Assembly (NCBI GenBank): GCA_964016885.1
Contig: OZ024742.1
Coordinates: forward strand, 210,180,001-210,244,000
Source: Eledone cirrhosa
Lineage: Eukaryota
DNA length: 64,000 nucleotides
Direction: 5' to 3'
Below the pieces are notes generated by a model. The model was not told where the DNA came from. It ran no database searches and saw only the letters and a program-made list of their open reading frames with translations. The position numbers were made by a program, and so were the translations under genes. Position 1 is the first letter of the stretch. Each line of letters starts with the position of its first letter. This document shows, in pieces, positions 1 to 10,310 of the stretch.

Positions 1-2468
1 GCGCGCTCCATTTTGGCGAGTGTTTTCTCTGGGCAAGGCACGACGGTCAAGCGGTAGTAGATGACGGACGCTATATAAGCGTTCGCCACCTCCGCTCGAC
101 CTTTCAGGGATAGTTTGCACTCGGCCCACTTCTGGGCGAGTGCAAACACCTTGCCCGTTACCTCGTCCCAGTTTTTCTCCACCTGGAGGTCCGGTCCGAA
201 CCAGACCCCGAGCAGCTTCACCGGTCCCTCCGTCCAGCGTCCGATGATGCCGTCGGAGGGCATCGTTTTGCCCCTCCACGTCCCGAGTTGCAAACCGACG
301 GACTTGTCCCGGTTCAGCTTGGCTCCTGTGAACCTTTCATATTCCTTCAGTAAGGTGCCGATCTGCCCGATTTCCGAGGCGCACGACACCATTACTGTCA
401 CGTCATCGGCGTAGGCCGACACCGCTTTCCGCAATCCCGGTTCCAAGGGGATGCCCTGCAACAGCTCCAGCTTCCTCAGTAGTGGCTCGAGAGCCAGCAC
501 ATACAGAAGGGAGGAGAGAGGGCATCCCTGTCGAATGGATCGCGTGATTTGGAACGGCTCCGAGAGGTAACCGTTCACCTTGACCCTCGAGCAGGTGTTG
601 CTGCTGTGCATTGCAGCAATCCAGCCCTTGAAAACGGGTCCGAAGCCTGCCGCCGCGAGCACCGCATCCAGGTACCGATGGTCAACCCTATCGAACGCTT
701 TAGATTGATCCAAGTTGATCAGGGCCCCACCAAAGCCGAGTTCGTTCCCTACCCTCTCTACGATGTATCGCATGAGGTGGAGGTTGTCGTGTATGGACCT
801 GGACGCGATTGTGCATGTCTGCGCTTCTCCCAACAGGTTCCCGACGACAAGCGCCAACCTCTTCGCTAACACCTTGGCCAAAATCTTTAACTCTGTGTTT
901 AGCAGAGTTATGGGCCTGAAGTTATCTATGTCATCCCCCTTGTTCTCGTCCTTCCTCACCAGCGTGACTACGCCCTTGGTCACAGAACTGGGAATTCTCC
1001 CGTTCTGTTGCCAGTTGCAGTAGACCGCCTCGAGGAGACCGGAGAACAAGCCCGGCATCGCTACATAAAGTTCGTATGGTAGACCATCGAGACCCTGAGA
1101 TTTGCGTTTGCCGCATTGGCTCAGCGCTTCCCCTATTTCAGTGGCTGAAATCGGCCTCTCGCAGGACTTCGCCTCCCCGTCCGAGAGCCGCGCCAGACCG
1201 TCGAGGTATGGACCGAAATCCATGGCCCCACCCGGCCCGCCGCCCCTCCCGAACAGCCGTGCAAAGCGCCGTTGAAAGGCCGCGCTCATCCGCTCAGGTT
1301 CAAGGATCACGCGTCCATCCTGGTCCTTCAAAGACCGAATCGTGGACTTGTTTCCACTTTTTGCCTCTGTCACTCGGGCCCAGCTAACAGCTTTGGCTCC
1401 CTCGTTACCCAGAGCACGTATTTTACTCCTGACAACGCAGCCCTCGTGCTTCGCATCAAAGAACTGGTCTAGGGCCGTTCTTGACGCCAGCACGCCGGCC
1501 ACGTTGCCACTCCTAATCGCCTCTTCTACTCTATTTGTTAATTCCCTTTCAGTTCTATTCCTATCTGATGCTAATTCCCGACTAAAACCTATCGATTCTA
1601 TTCTAATTTCTCTCTTGAGAGAGTCCCACCACCTGTTGTTGACAATTGCCCCCGTCAAACGCTGCTTAACTAGTGTGCTAATCCGCTTACTGTAAGCTTT
1701 GTTTGTCGGTAAAGACAAGTTTAGCTTCCAGTAACCGGGTCCCTGTCTATGAGTTCTATCAAGGTTGACCACTCCGGTCAACAACTTGTGATCCGAATAG
1801 TCAACCATGAACATTCGTGGACAGCTTAATATGTCCCTATCCTTATTTCTAACTAGGAACCTATCTAGGTACGACCTGGATGTTCCGCTGCGATTACTCC
1901 ACGTCCACCGTGGCACAGTCGGAAAATCCAGTCGATATCTATCGGCCAGATCAAATCGGCCGATTAATCGTTTGAGGCTGTTACACCCCCCTCTATCGGG
2001 ACATGCCCCTACATAGTCCCAACGTGCATCCAGGATACCATTCCAGTCCCCCACTAAAAGCAAGGAGCGAGACGTTCCCAGGAAATTCTCCAGGCGTCGG
2101 AAGAAGTCCGGTCGCGGTGTCCCCGATGGGGCATACGCTGCCACCAGCCTGAAAGCTCCACCTTCACCACTGCCGACGTCTAAAACCACCAGTCGACCCT
2201 CCGGGTCCAGGTGTACCTTCTGTGTGGCAAGACCCAGGTATTTTCGCAGCAGAACGACAACCCCACCCCCACCCCTCGACTGACAGAGAGATGCGTAGAT
2301 CTCAAAGTCGTCGAAGATGGGGGCCAGTTGGCGCTCGCTGCTGATCCTGGACTCGCAAATAACCATTACATCCACTCTGTGCGACCTGAGGTCATTTAAG
2401 AGTTTGCCCTGTTTCCAGGACATCCCCAAGCCGCGTGCATTCACACATCCAACTCTTATATTGGCCAT
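1..2468 (-). CDS. LINE ORF2: AP endonuclease plus reverse transcriptase (partial; one frameshift near 330)
   Basis: Manual translation from the ATG at 2468 gives MANIRVGCVNARGLG...VICES (APE start), GLDGLPYELY, NFRPITLLNTELKILAK, LDQSKAFDRVDH, IRQGCPLS and SAYADDVTV (YADD at 413-402). The ATG, GLDGLPY and YADD are in the same frame. After EYEK the homology (TGAKLNRDKS...KLLGVWFG...LSLKGRAEV) moves to another frame. It is absent from the ORF track because the frame has no stop before the window edge. Confidence 0.88.
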   Translation of the reverse strand, partial: MANIRVGCVNARGLGMSWKQGKLLNDLRSHRVDVMVICESRISSERQLAPIFDDFEIYASLCQSRGGGGVVVLLRKYLGLATQKVHLDPEGRLVVLDVGSGEGGAFRLVAAYAPSGTPRPDFFRRLENFLGTSRSLLLVGDWNGILDARWDYVGACPDRGGCNSLKRLIGRFDLADRYRLDFPTVPRWTWSNRSGTSRSYLDRFLVRNKDRDILSCPRMFMVDYSDHKLLTGVVNLDRTHRQGPGYWKLNLSLPTNKAYSKRISTLVKQRLTGAIVNNRWWDSLKREIRIESIGFSRELASDRNRTERELTNRVEEAIRSGNVAGVLASRTALDQFFDAKHEGCVVRSKIRALGNEGAKAVSWARVTEAKSGNKSTIRSLKDQDGRVILEPERMSAAFQRRFARLFGRGGGPGGAMDFGPYLDGLARLSDGEAKSCERPISATEIGEALSQCGKRKSQGLDGLPYELYVAMPGLFSGLLEAVYCNWQQNGRIPSSVTKGVVTLVRKDENKGDDIDNFRPITLLNTELKILAKVLAKRLALVVGNLLGEAQTCTIASRSIHDNLHLMRYIVERVGNELGFGGALINLDQSKAFDRVDHRYLDAVLAAAGFGPVFKGWIAAMHSSNTCSRVKVNGYLSEPFQITRSIRQGCPLSSLLYVLALEPLLRKLELLQGIPLEPGLRKAVSAYADDVTVMVSCASEIGQIGTLLKEYERFTGAKLNRDKSVGLQLGTWRGKTMPSDGIIGRWTEGPVKLLGVWFGPDLQVEKNWDEVTGKVFALAQKWAECKLSLKGRAEVANAYIASVIYYRLTVVPCPEKTLAKMER

Positions 2469-2510
2469 GTTGGTGCTGAAGAGGTAAAAAGGAAGAGGAA
2501 AGGAAATTAC

Positions 2511-4253
2511 TTACCTCTTCGTCTCCTGGGGACCAGGCTGCACAATTTCCATGGGGGTGTTGGAAGGGTTTTTTGGTGGGGTGGTGGTTTGTGGTGGGGT
2601 GAGGACATCAGTGTGTGGTGGGATTAGGGTGTTTGGTGGGGTGTGGGTGTCTGATGTGGGGGTGGGGAAACATCTCAATAGGACGCTGTTATGTGGTTTG
2701 GTGCAGTTGGTCCCCACATGCATTGGATGGTTCTTTTTCAAAGTTACATAGGTTTCCGTTGGGATCCTAATCATCATTAGGTGCGGTTTGTTCGCTGCGT
2801 AGGTGAAAGTGATCCCTTCGGTTTCCACCGAAGGGTTATTTTCTTTCGCTTTCATCAACGTTTTATTGTTCTTGTTAATGTATGTATAGAGTTTTTGTTG
2901 TGTTGTGTTTGTTTTTGTTTGTTGTTCTTGCGGGTGTTTGCGTTTTGTAGTACGTGTTATGTTTTGGGGAGGGGTGGGTTTTTTTATTTGTGATGTTTGT
3001 TCTGTTTGTGCTGGTGGTTGTGTGTTTGTGGCATTTTTGTTAATGTGGTGCCTTTTTTTTGCCTTTTCACCTGTTGAACGGGTTCTCCCTCGTCGTCACT
3101 GGGTGACGTTGATACGGAGTCCTCTTCCGTGTTGTTGGGGAGGGGTATATTTGGGGGTTTTGTTGTGGTTGCTTTTGTATTTGTTTTAGGTGGGGAGGGG
3201 TTGGGTGGAACAGTGTTTTGTGTTGTTATTTTTCCGTGTTGTTGTGGTGGTGGTGGTGGTTGTGTTGTTGTGTTCGGGGTTGGCAGAAGAGCCTTTTTTT
3301 TTTACTCGTTAATTGAGGACAGGCAGCCCTCAGGTGACCCCTGCTTAAGCAGTGGTAACATGACGGCCGCCTTCCCTCCACTGAAATGTTTATATAAGTT
3401 AGCCCGTCCAGAGGCACGCGTTGTGGGATATTCGCTATTCGTTCTGGGCTCATTTGCACCAGAACTTCTACGGTGGTCCCACCAAATACGCCTCCGGAGG
3501 ACTTTCCTATTGAAATTATCTTGTCTTCGTTAAAGTTTATTATTCCACATAGTATCCACCAAATGTTTACATTTGGTGTGATACTCATTATTTTTATTCT
3601 TTGTGTCCTTTTTCCCCTGTATGTGGGGTAAAAGGTGAAGTGGGGGACACAATGGGTGCTATCGAGTACTTTTGAGCTGTTGACTGGTTGTTCATCAGTA
3701 CCAAAATGCTACCAAACAGTTTACCTTTTTGTATGAAGGTTATGTCCTTCATTGCGTCTTTTAGAACCAGATCAATTTCATTTTGTGATAATTGAGCTGG
3801 TTTTCTTGTTACGTTCGATATTGTCCTGAAAACCACAGTTTTCAGGACAGCCTCTCTACGTAATTCCTGTGGAGAATTGATGCTAAAAGCACCGTTTTCG
3901 CCAAAAGTCACGAATTGTTTTGCGTCTTGTAATAGTTGTTTAGCATTTGTTATGTCTATTGGCGTGTATAGTTCGTTTTTTTTTACGGTCTGTGCAAATG
4001 TTGTTTTGGTGTTGTTGTCTTTCGTGTTACTGTCACTGTTGGTAATATTGGTGTTGCTATTGTTGCAGTTGTTGGTTGTGGTGTTGTTGTCATTGTTCTT
4101 GTTGTTGGTGCTGGTATTATTTACCGGGTTTGGTTTCGCGGTTTCGATATTTTCCACGTTTTTCGATGATACGAGGGGGGACGGCTTCCCTCCACCACTT
4201 TTCTTAGTGGGCGTGGCACTCACGACAGTGTGCGAGGTGGAAATGGCATCCAT
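2511..4253 (-). pseudogene. LINE ORF1 (gag-like, CCHC zinc knuckle), broken by frameshifts
   Basis: Track ORFs 3594..4427, 3226..3588 (CYHCLSRGHLRAAC = C-x2-C-x4-H-x4-C) and 2511..2858. The likely start is MDAIS at 4253, in the context GGCAATGG. Confidence 0.75.
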
Positions 4254-4444
4254 TGCCACCAAGTCTACAGTTTTTAGATGAAAATTGAAAATTTCGCCCC
4301 AGAAAGGGGCGAAAATTTGTTGACTTAACGTCTGACGGCCAAGGCAAGGGGCTAAACCAAACAATGTTATTAAATTGATCAATAAACTCAGTTTTTTTTG
4401 ACAACAATCCGTAAAATTCCGGAGCAAAGTAAATCACGTCTATA

Positions 4445-5050
4445 TCAAGTGGTAATTGATATAGAGAGGGGTTTGGAAGAGAGTTCCGTGTAGTAGATAT
4501 AGAGAGGGGGACGGTTTGGTGTTAATTGATATAGAGGCCTATTGGAAGAGAGTTCCGTGTAGTAGATATAGAGAGCGGGATGGTTTGGTGTTAATTGACA
4601 GAGAGTGGGATTGGGAAAGAGTGTTGTATGGTTCATGTAGAGGAGGGAAAGTTTGGTGGTAATGAATAGAGTGAGAGGATTGATAGAGAAAGGTATTGAT
4701 AAATATAGAGAGGGGGAGAGTTTGGAAGTAATGAATAGGATGAGAGAGTGTTATATGGTAGAGGGGGGGTAGTTTTCTGGTATCTGATATAGAGAGGAGG
4801 ATTGGAAGAGATTATTGTGTAGAAGATATAGAGAATTTGGTGGCTGTAGATATACAGAGAGGGATAATGGGAGAGTGCCGTGTAGTAGCTATAGAGAGGG
4901 TGGGAATTCGGGCGTGATTGATATAATATACAGAGGGGGTTGGGAGAGATAGGTGTAGATATTTATAGAGTGAGAGAGTGTATTAGTCTTAGATATAGAG
5001 AGTGTGATAAGAGAGGCGGTGTCGTGGTAGATATGGAGAGAGGTAGAGTT
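4445..5050. repeat. degenerate purine-rich minisatellite
   Basis: GATATAGAGAG recurs, and TTGGAAGAGAGTTCCGTGTAGTAGATATAGAGAG occurs at about 4473 and 4541 (period about 68 bp). Confidence 0.7.
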
Positions 5051-5059
5051 AGATTAAAA

Positions 5060-5330
5060 GAGCACACAACTCACAAAAACAAAATGGTGTGGGACAGAAC
5101 AAAGCAGGGACACAAAATAAAAACCCAGTTACTGAGGAGGTCACAGAATGTGTAGCGAAAGAGCTTTGACAATATATAAATAACCATCCAGTGAGCGAAC
5201 CAACCAACTACCCAACCGGATATTTATAATAAATTGAAATGAAAACCAACATGTGCGTGTGTTTTTATTGGCAGTCTGACCCTCCCAAAGTATAACAATA
5301 TCTGTTTCAACACACGTTTTCAGATAAGAA
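5060..5330 (+). mobile_element. diverged solo pseudo-LTR related to the PLE at 55-61 kb
   Basis: TGACCCTCCCAAAGTATAACAATATCTGTTTCAACACACG (5277-5316) matches TGACCCTCCCCAAATATAACAATATCTGTTTCGACACACG (57085 onward). The upstream hammerhead-like segment also aligns. Confidence 0.7.
5127..5170 (+). ncRNA. minimal type I hammerhead ribozyme motif
   Basis: GTTA-CTGAGGA-(stem II CACA/TGTG)-GAAA-GAGCT-T-TGAC, with stem I GTTA/TGAC. Confidence 0.55.
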
Positions 5331-5339
5331 GGGAGAGAA

Positions 5340-5380
5340 GCTAACATTCTGTTTCACGCTGTTTGGCGATCATCAGAGCC
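5340..5380 (-). ncRNA. minimal hammerhead ribozyme motif (copy 1)
   Basis: The reverse complement reads GGCT-CTGATGA-T-CGC caaaca GCG-T-GAAAC-AGAATGT-T-AGC. Confidence 0.6.
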
Positions 5381-5649
5381 ACGTACCCTCTTCTTCCGCC
5401 GAAATTATAGAAGCTGGATTCGTATAGAATTCCAGTGATAATCAGGAGCTGATTATACAGAGCGATTGCCGGTCCAGCAAATATTAGGTATTAGGATTTG
5501 TGCTCTGAAATAGCGATGTATACATGAATGTATGTATAGTATATTTGGCAATATACTGTATGTTTAATTAAAAACATGCTGAAGACCATACGCAATCGGT
5601 TTTAAAGTAGTGACTATGTCACTTCTTTTCGGTGAAAGAAGGGAGAGAA

Positions 5650-5690
5650 GCTAACAGTCTGTTTCACGCTCTTCGGTGATCATCAGAGCC
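5650..5690 (-). ncRNA. minimal hammerhead ribozyme motif (copy 2)
   Basis: The reverse complement reads GGCT-CTGATGA-tcaccgaagagcgt-GAAACAGACTGT-T-AGC, with a near-palindromic stem III ACAG-A-CTGT. Confidence 0.6.
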
Positions 5691-5790
5691 ATGCACCCAC
5701 TTCTTCCGCCGAAAATTATAGAAGCTGGGTTCTTATAGAATTCCAGTGATAATCAGGAGCTGATTATACAGAGCGAAGAAGGGGGTGGGT

Positions 5791-5831
5791 GGCTCTGATG
5801 ATCGCCAAACAACGTGAAACAGACTGTTAGC
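5791..5831 (+). ncRNA. minimal hammerhead ribozyme motif (inverted copy 3)
   Basis: GGCT-CTGATGA(5795-5801)-tcgccaaacaacgt-GAAAC(5816-5820)-AGACTGT-T-AGC. Confidence 0.6.
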
Positions 5832-6229
5832 TTCTCTCCCTTCTTTCGCCGAAAAGAAGTAAGTAACATAGTCACTACTTTAAAACCGATAGCGTATGGT
5901 CTTCAAAATGTTTTTAATTAAACATACGGTATAATGCCAAATATACTATACATATACATACATTCATGTATACATCGCTATTTCAGAGCACCAATCCTAA
6001 TACTTAATTTTTGCTCAGAAGAAAATACAATATATGGGTTATGAGAATAAAAACAGTACAAATGTAGAAGGTATGATAAAGAAAACCATGAACAAAAGCA
6101 TAGAAATACTACCAGGGTTTAAACACAGTAAAAAAAAAAATAGCCATGCTAACTATCAGCTATGTCTTAAAAGACAGTTCAATTTAATAACAAAATTCAT
6201 AAAGTATATTTTTGGCTTAGTAATTAATA

Positions 6230-7075
6230 CCTTATTTCATCGAGCCCGAATCTCCCCCTGCTCCCTTCCTTTCTTTCCAAGTGGAACTTGAAAACGTCGA
6301 TAAGGGCTTGGCCGAAGAAAAATGTGTCTGTCTTCAGTCTTTCCAGTCTCGTCCACGACACAACCTCTTTTGTCATAACTTTCAAACAGGGGAAAACTGT
6401 CTGCTCTTACCTGCCAAAAGAGTGCGGCCGGGCGATCTTCACGATGGAGTCGGCCAATAGCTGGATCTGTCCTACTCGTAACAATAGCTATTCAACAAAA
6501 CTCTACAAGTTATCAATACACGGAAACTGGACGAGTGCGTGCAGAATGGTTTCATCGCTCTGCACGTATCTTGACCAGATCCCTTCTGATATCACTTTCG
6601 TACCTGTAGTTTTTGTCTCGAACAGGAAATACTCCCACTCTCCTTGTAGCTATGCCAGGCCAAGTATTTCTGGAAATAGTTAATAGTACCCAGTCCATAC
6701 CGGTCAATGCCTAGAGTCTCCACAAGAACACCATCGCTCTTTCCCACGCGTAGTCCTCTATTGCCCAATTTGTAGAGGATTGTGAACCCCTGATAACATA
6801 CCAAATGTCTGATACCCAGTCTAGGCCTTCGCTTGACCCATGGCTGCGGCTCAATCAAAGAGTCGAGCAGTGGAAAGACGCGCCTGTCAAAGGGTGACAA
6901 TACTTATTCCCCGTTTAGCAAAATTTTCAAATGACGTAGCTTCTGCGCATGTTCGCTCATCAATATCCACAACATGCCGAGCCCTCAGCGCAAAGAGTGT
7001 TGATAGCAGATGGACCGCTTAACCATACTCGAATAATTGTAATATTGGCCGAAATAAGCGAGGAGAAAAAAAGAT
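6230..7075 (-). mobile_element. decayed 3' fragment of an L1/Tx1 ORF2 (C-terminal Cys-rich region)
   Basis: Minus-strand pieces across stops and frameshifts include RSICYQH..GLGMLW, FQKYLAW, ETILHALVQ and MTKEVVSWTRL, which resemble Tx1-type ORF2 C-termini. Confidence 0.65.
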
Positions 7076-7084
7076 AGGGTCTAA

Positions 7085-9430
7085 TTACCCTGCAAGGTCT
7101 GCATACTTATTGATCTTTTCCATTTCCTTTTCAACCACATTGTGGTCTTGAGGGAACGTAATATTAATGGGGGTCCATTTTTTTAGGAGTGGGGAGTACA
7201 ACAATATCAGGGTGGTTATGTTGGACTTGTGTCTCAAAATAACTTTACTCCCACACCTGATAAGCAAGATTCAAGAGGAGTATGTTCGTACCATTGACAT
7301 TGCGTTTCGGCATTGTATTTTTTGCACAACTCCCAATGGACTCTGCCGGATTTTATAATATCTTTTGCAAATTGCTCACATCCACTAGCAATATGTGCCC
7401 CAGATACGTCTGCTTTATGGCATACTTTGCAGAATGGAGACCAATTTTGTCCGTCAATGTTAGCTTTCACCGAATTGGTTCTGAGTGCCAGGTCTTGTGT
7501 GGCAGTAATAATAGCCTCATTTCTTCTTTAACCCAACCTGACCTACGATCAACAATACCTTTAATAGCAGCTAAAAATTTGCCATGAAGAACTTATTCTT
7601 TTTTTGTATCTGTTGTTTCTCTCTAAAGGCTTTGTTGTATACTTTCTTACCTTGACTTTCTGTTATAAAGTCTTCCTTCAGAACTTCTCTGAGTAGTGGT
7701 TCTTCAGTTAATGTTAGATAGTCCCACAAGCTGTTGCACTCACTATGTATACATTGCTCAACTGAAATTAAACCTCTCACCTTCCTTTCTCTTAAGGTAC
7801 AGCCTTATAATATGTGTCCTTAGATGTAAGCACCCATTGCATGTTAAGATCTCATGAGTGCGTCTATCAATTCTTTCAAGGTCTTGTTTCGTCCAATCAA
7901 CTTTTCCAGCACTATACCTTACTACTCTCAAAGTCAGTTGTTTTATTCCAGATGTTACATTTCCTGAATACAGTTTTGACTTGGACAGTTGTCTCACTCT
8001 CCTGATGTACTCCTTCTCAATCTTGTCCTTCCTTTCACCTGCTCTAATTCCTGTACCCTGCAACATGCCCAAGTATGTTACTCATTTTCTTGGACCAAAA
8101 TCCTTGGAGGCTATCAGGGTCAAGTGCCTTCCAGCTTGTCATTCCTGTAACAAACTGTTTGACATCACTGGAGTAATTCCTGGTGTTATCTTGTTTCACA
8201 TTCTGGTTTAGTTGATGTCTTACTCTCTGAAGTCACTGTTTTATTATTATGATAAGAAGGTATTGTTCAAAACTTCAGTCGCCTCAACTAGATCAGGAAG
8301 CATGTTCTTCGTTTGGAATTTACCATCAAGTGCTTAATAAAACTGAGAAGGGTTTGATCAAAAAGGATTATTTTGATAGAATTGCTGTTGTTGATTTTCA
8401 AAATTCCGAATCTTCAGACTGCTACAGTGTATTTTTGTCTTAAGTTGACTTATCACACCAATTTAGCCTACAGCTTCAAGATTATATTTTTTGTCCAATC
8501 TTTCTTTAGAGGTCAGATTATGATTTCCCCTCTTTAATTATTCCAGGAGACTAAGATGTTTTCTCCAGTCAAGGATGTCTCTCAATTCTGTTTCCAGAAG
8601 GGAGCTTCTATTTTTTCCTGTTTTTCCTTTTTGGGGGGTTTTAACTCCTATTCTCTCAGCAACTAATAATACTATACTAGTAAGCAGCTTGTGTGTTTCT
8701 GTAATGTCATTAGTTTTTGCATCACCTATAATGCTGTTGACAGATTTTATCTCAACCTTCCATTTGATTTTTTTAATGGACAGGATCACTGGTGGTAAGT
8801 CACCCTGATAGACACCTCTTAACCTTGCTAATAAATTCCTTTCATGTTCAGTCATCAGTCAACACCCTGATGTTACCATTGTCATTATCAATGTCTAAAC
8901 TCTGGAGTTTTACCACCATTTTGGCTGGATGAGATGACATGGTACATCGTACATCCTCAATCCAATGATGTTTTCTCAAATAGCAATTTCTTCAAACACA
9001 TCAACAGAGTCCCTCTCTTCCAGATCTTCTTTGTTCACTTCATTATTCAAGACCTCAGCGCCTGCTTCTTCATGGACTATGTGATGAATCTCTACTAGTT
9101 CTACCCTGGACAATACCTTCTTGGTTCTCATGTTTCTAGCCTAAACAATCAGCCTTTGAGAAGTAAGCTATTTCATCCCTCTTTCCATCCACAATTCGTG
9201 TATCCTTTTTTCCAATGGATCACTCCTAACATAAGATTCCCATAATACCTTATTGTCAACCTGGGTCCACTTAAATTTAGTATTTCTAATTTTACATTGT
9301 CTTTTTGGCAACTTCTTTACCCCAGCACTAGGAATGTTGCTCTGTGCTCCTGGGTTGGGGGACTCGGACTGCTTAGCATTTTCCTGCACCACGATCCCCA
9401 GTCTGCAATTATTGTTGTCTCCATATTTTT
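7085..9430 (-). mobile_element. decayed R4/Dong-like (restriction-like endonuclease) non-LTR retrotransposon, RT core deleted
   Basis: N-terminal KWTQVDNKVLWESYVRS..RIHELWMERG, then EYIRRVRQLSKSKL..VVRYSAG..DWTKQDL..RLYLKRKEG/RGLISVE, the zinc knuckle CKVCHK..HIASGC, HWELCKKY..WYEHTP and EKEMEKINKYADLA. Confidence 0.8.
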
Positions 9431-9534
9431 GAAATGAGTAAAAGAGTATATTTCCATGTGCCTCGAGTGTTTGTTTAATGGGGCACCATCCCTAGGTTGG
9501 TAACTTTGCTCAGAACTGTCCTATATGAGACACG

Positions 9535-9720
9535 TTTCCGCACAAGGTCAGCAATTTTGATGAAGGGAAAAGTTGATTAAATCGACCCCAGTTCCTTACT
9601 GTTACTTTATTTTATCAACCCCCGTAAGGATAAAAGGCAAAGCTAACCTCGGCAGAATTTAAACTCAGAACGTAAAGGGATGTAACTACATGCTGCAAAG
9701 CATGTAACCCGACGCTCTAC
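9535..9720 (-). mobile_element. tRNA-derived SINE, family A (further copies near 10360-10500 +, 10785-10900, 10985-11100, 11325-11515, 16910-16990, 22900-23060, 32305-32485 +, 32490-32560, 36905-37010, 47215-47317, 48560-48700 +, 49080-49315 +, 50680-50815)
   Basis: Recurrent core CTGAGTTCAAATCCCGCCGAGGTYAACTTTGCCTTTCATCCTTACGGGGTCGATAAAATAAAGTACCAG, with a pol III B-box (GAGTTCAAATCC) and the tail TGGCCTTGTGCCTAAAGTAGAAACAAT. Confidence 0.85.
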
Positions 9721-10194
9721 AATGAAAATAATAATAATAATGAAGATGGGCCAAAGCCACACATGTTGAATAAAGGACATTGTTGATTATATCAACTCCA
9801 ATAATTGTATTTATAAAAGATGAAGAGCGGATATTTAACTGACCTTCGTAGTATATGAATCTAAAACAGACATTGCAAGCCATTCTGTCCGCTTGGTGGC
9901 TACCTTTTTTTATCAGTCAGTGCAGGATGAAAGGCAGAGCCGACGTGGATGGGTATTTTTTCCAGTGCTCTCCCCATTCTGACACTCAACCCAATGGTAT
10001 GGATAGCCAAGTCGGTTCTCTTGGTAAAAATTATTACGTAAAATTATTACAGTAGCATCACATATCACAAAACTTACTGAATGAAGAAAAATATTTTCAT
10101 CAATAGATGTACTAGACAATTGACTGTTACACATACATATGTGATGTGACAGTCCCATAACTCCTTTTTAAAGCCGTAGTACGCCATTTATTGG

Positions 10195-10310
10195 ACATTT
10201 TGAAACCTGGCAGAGCCCATCCCTCTCCAGAGCTGAACACAGCAGATTTCTTCCAGAGGAGTGAGAGAAAGTGAGAAAGAGATGCAGAGGAAGAAGAAAA
10301 GGAAGAATTG
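10195..10310 (-). repeat. interspersed repeat, probably a SINE 3' module (also 22780-22900 and, reversed, 48705-48810)
   Basis: CCTGGCAGAGCCCATC..TCTCCAGA..AGCAGATTTCTTCCAGA is shared by three loci, each next to a family A SINE piece. Confidence 0.65.

Larger units (their letters stand above)
1..4440 (-). mobile_element. L1/Tx1-clade non-LTR retrotransposon (5' part; 3' end runs off the window)
   Basis: ORF1 remnants with a CCHC knuckle are followed by an APE-RT ORF2 on the minus strand. The 5' end is placed near 4440, where a purine-rich repeat begins. Confidence 0.9.
5326..6015 (-). mobile_element. non-coding 310-bp hammerhead repeat, partial tandem plus inverted copy (retrozyme or non-autonomous PLE)
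   Basis: 5326-5465 is directly repeated at 5636-5775 (period 310). 5776-6015 is the reverse complement of about 5475-5705. Confidence 0.75.

Noticed and set aside
115-2399. Plus-strand ORFs over the first LINE
   Set aside because: They are antisense shadows of the GC-rich ORF2 and carry no recognisable motifs.
5575-5625. Opposite-polarity hammerhead (CTGAAGA..TAAA) in the 310-bp unit, which would make it viroid-like
   Set aside because: GAAA is replaced by TAAA in both copies, the inverted copy reads TTGAAGA, and stem I is poor. It is better explained as a simple hairpin unless the family consensus restores the core.
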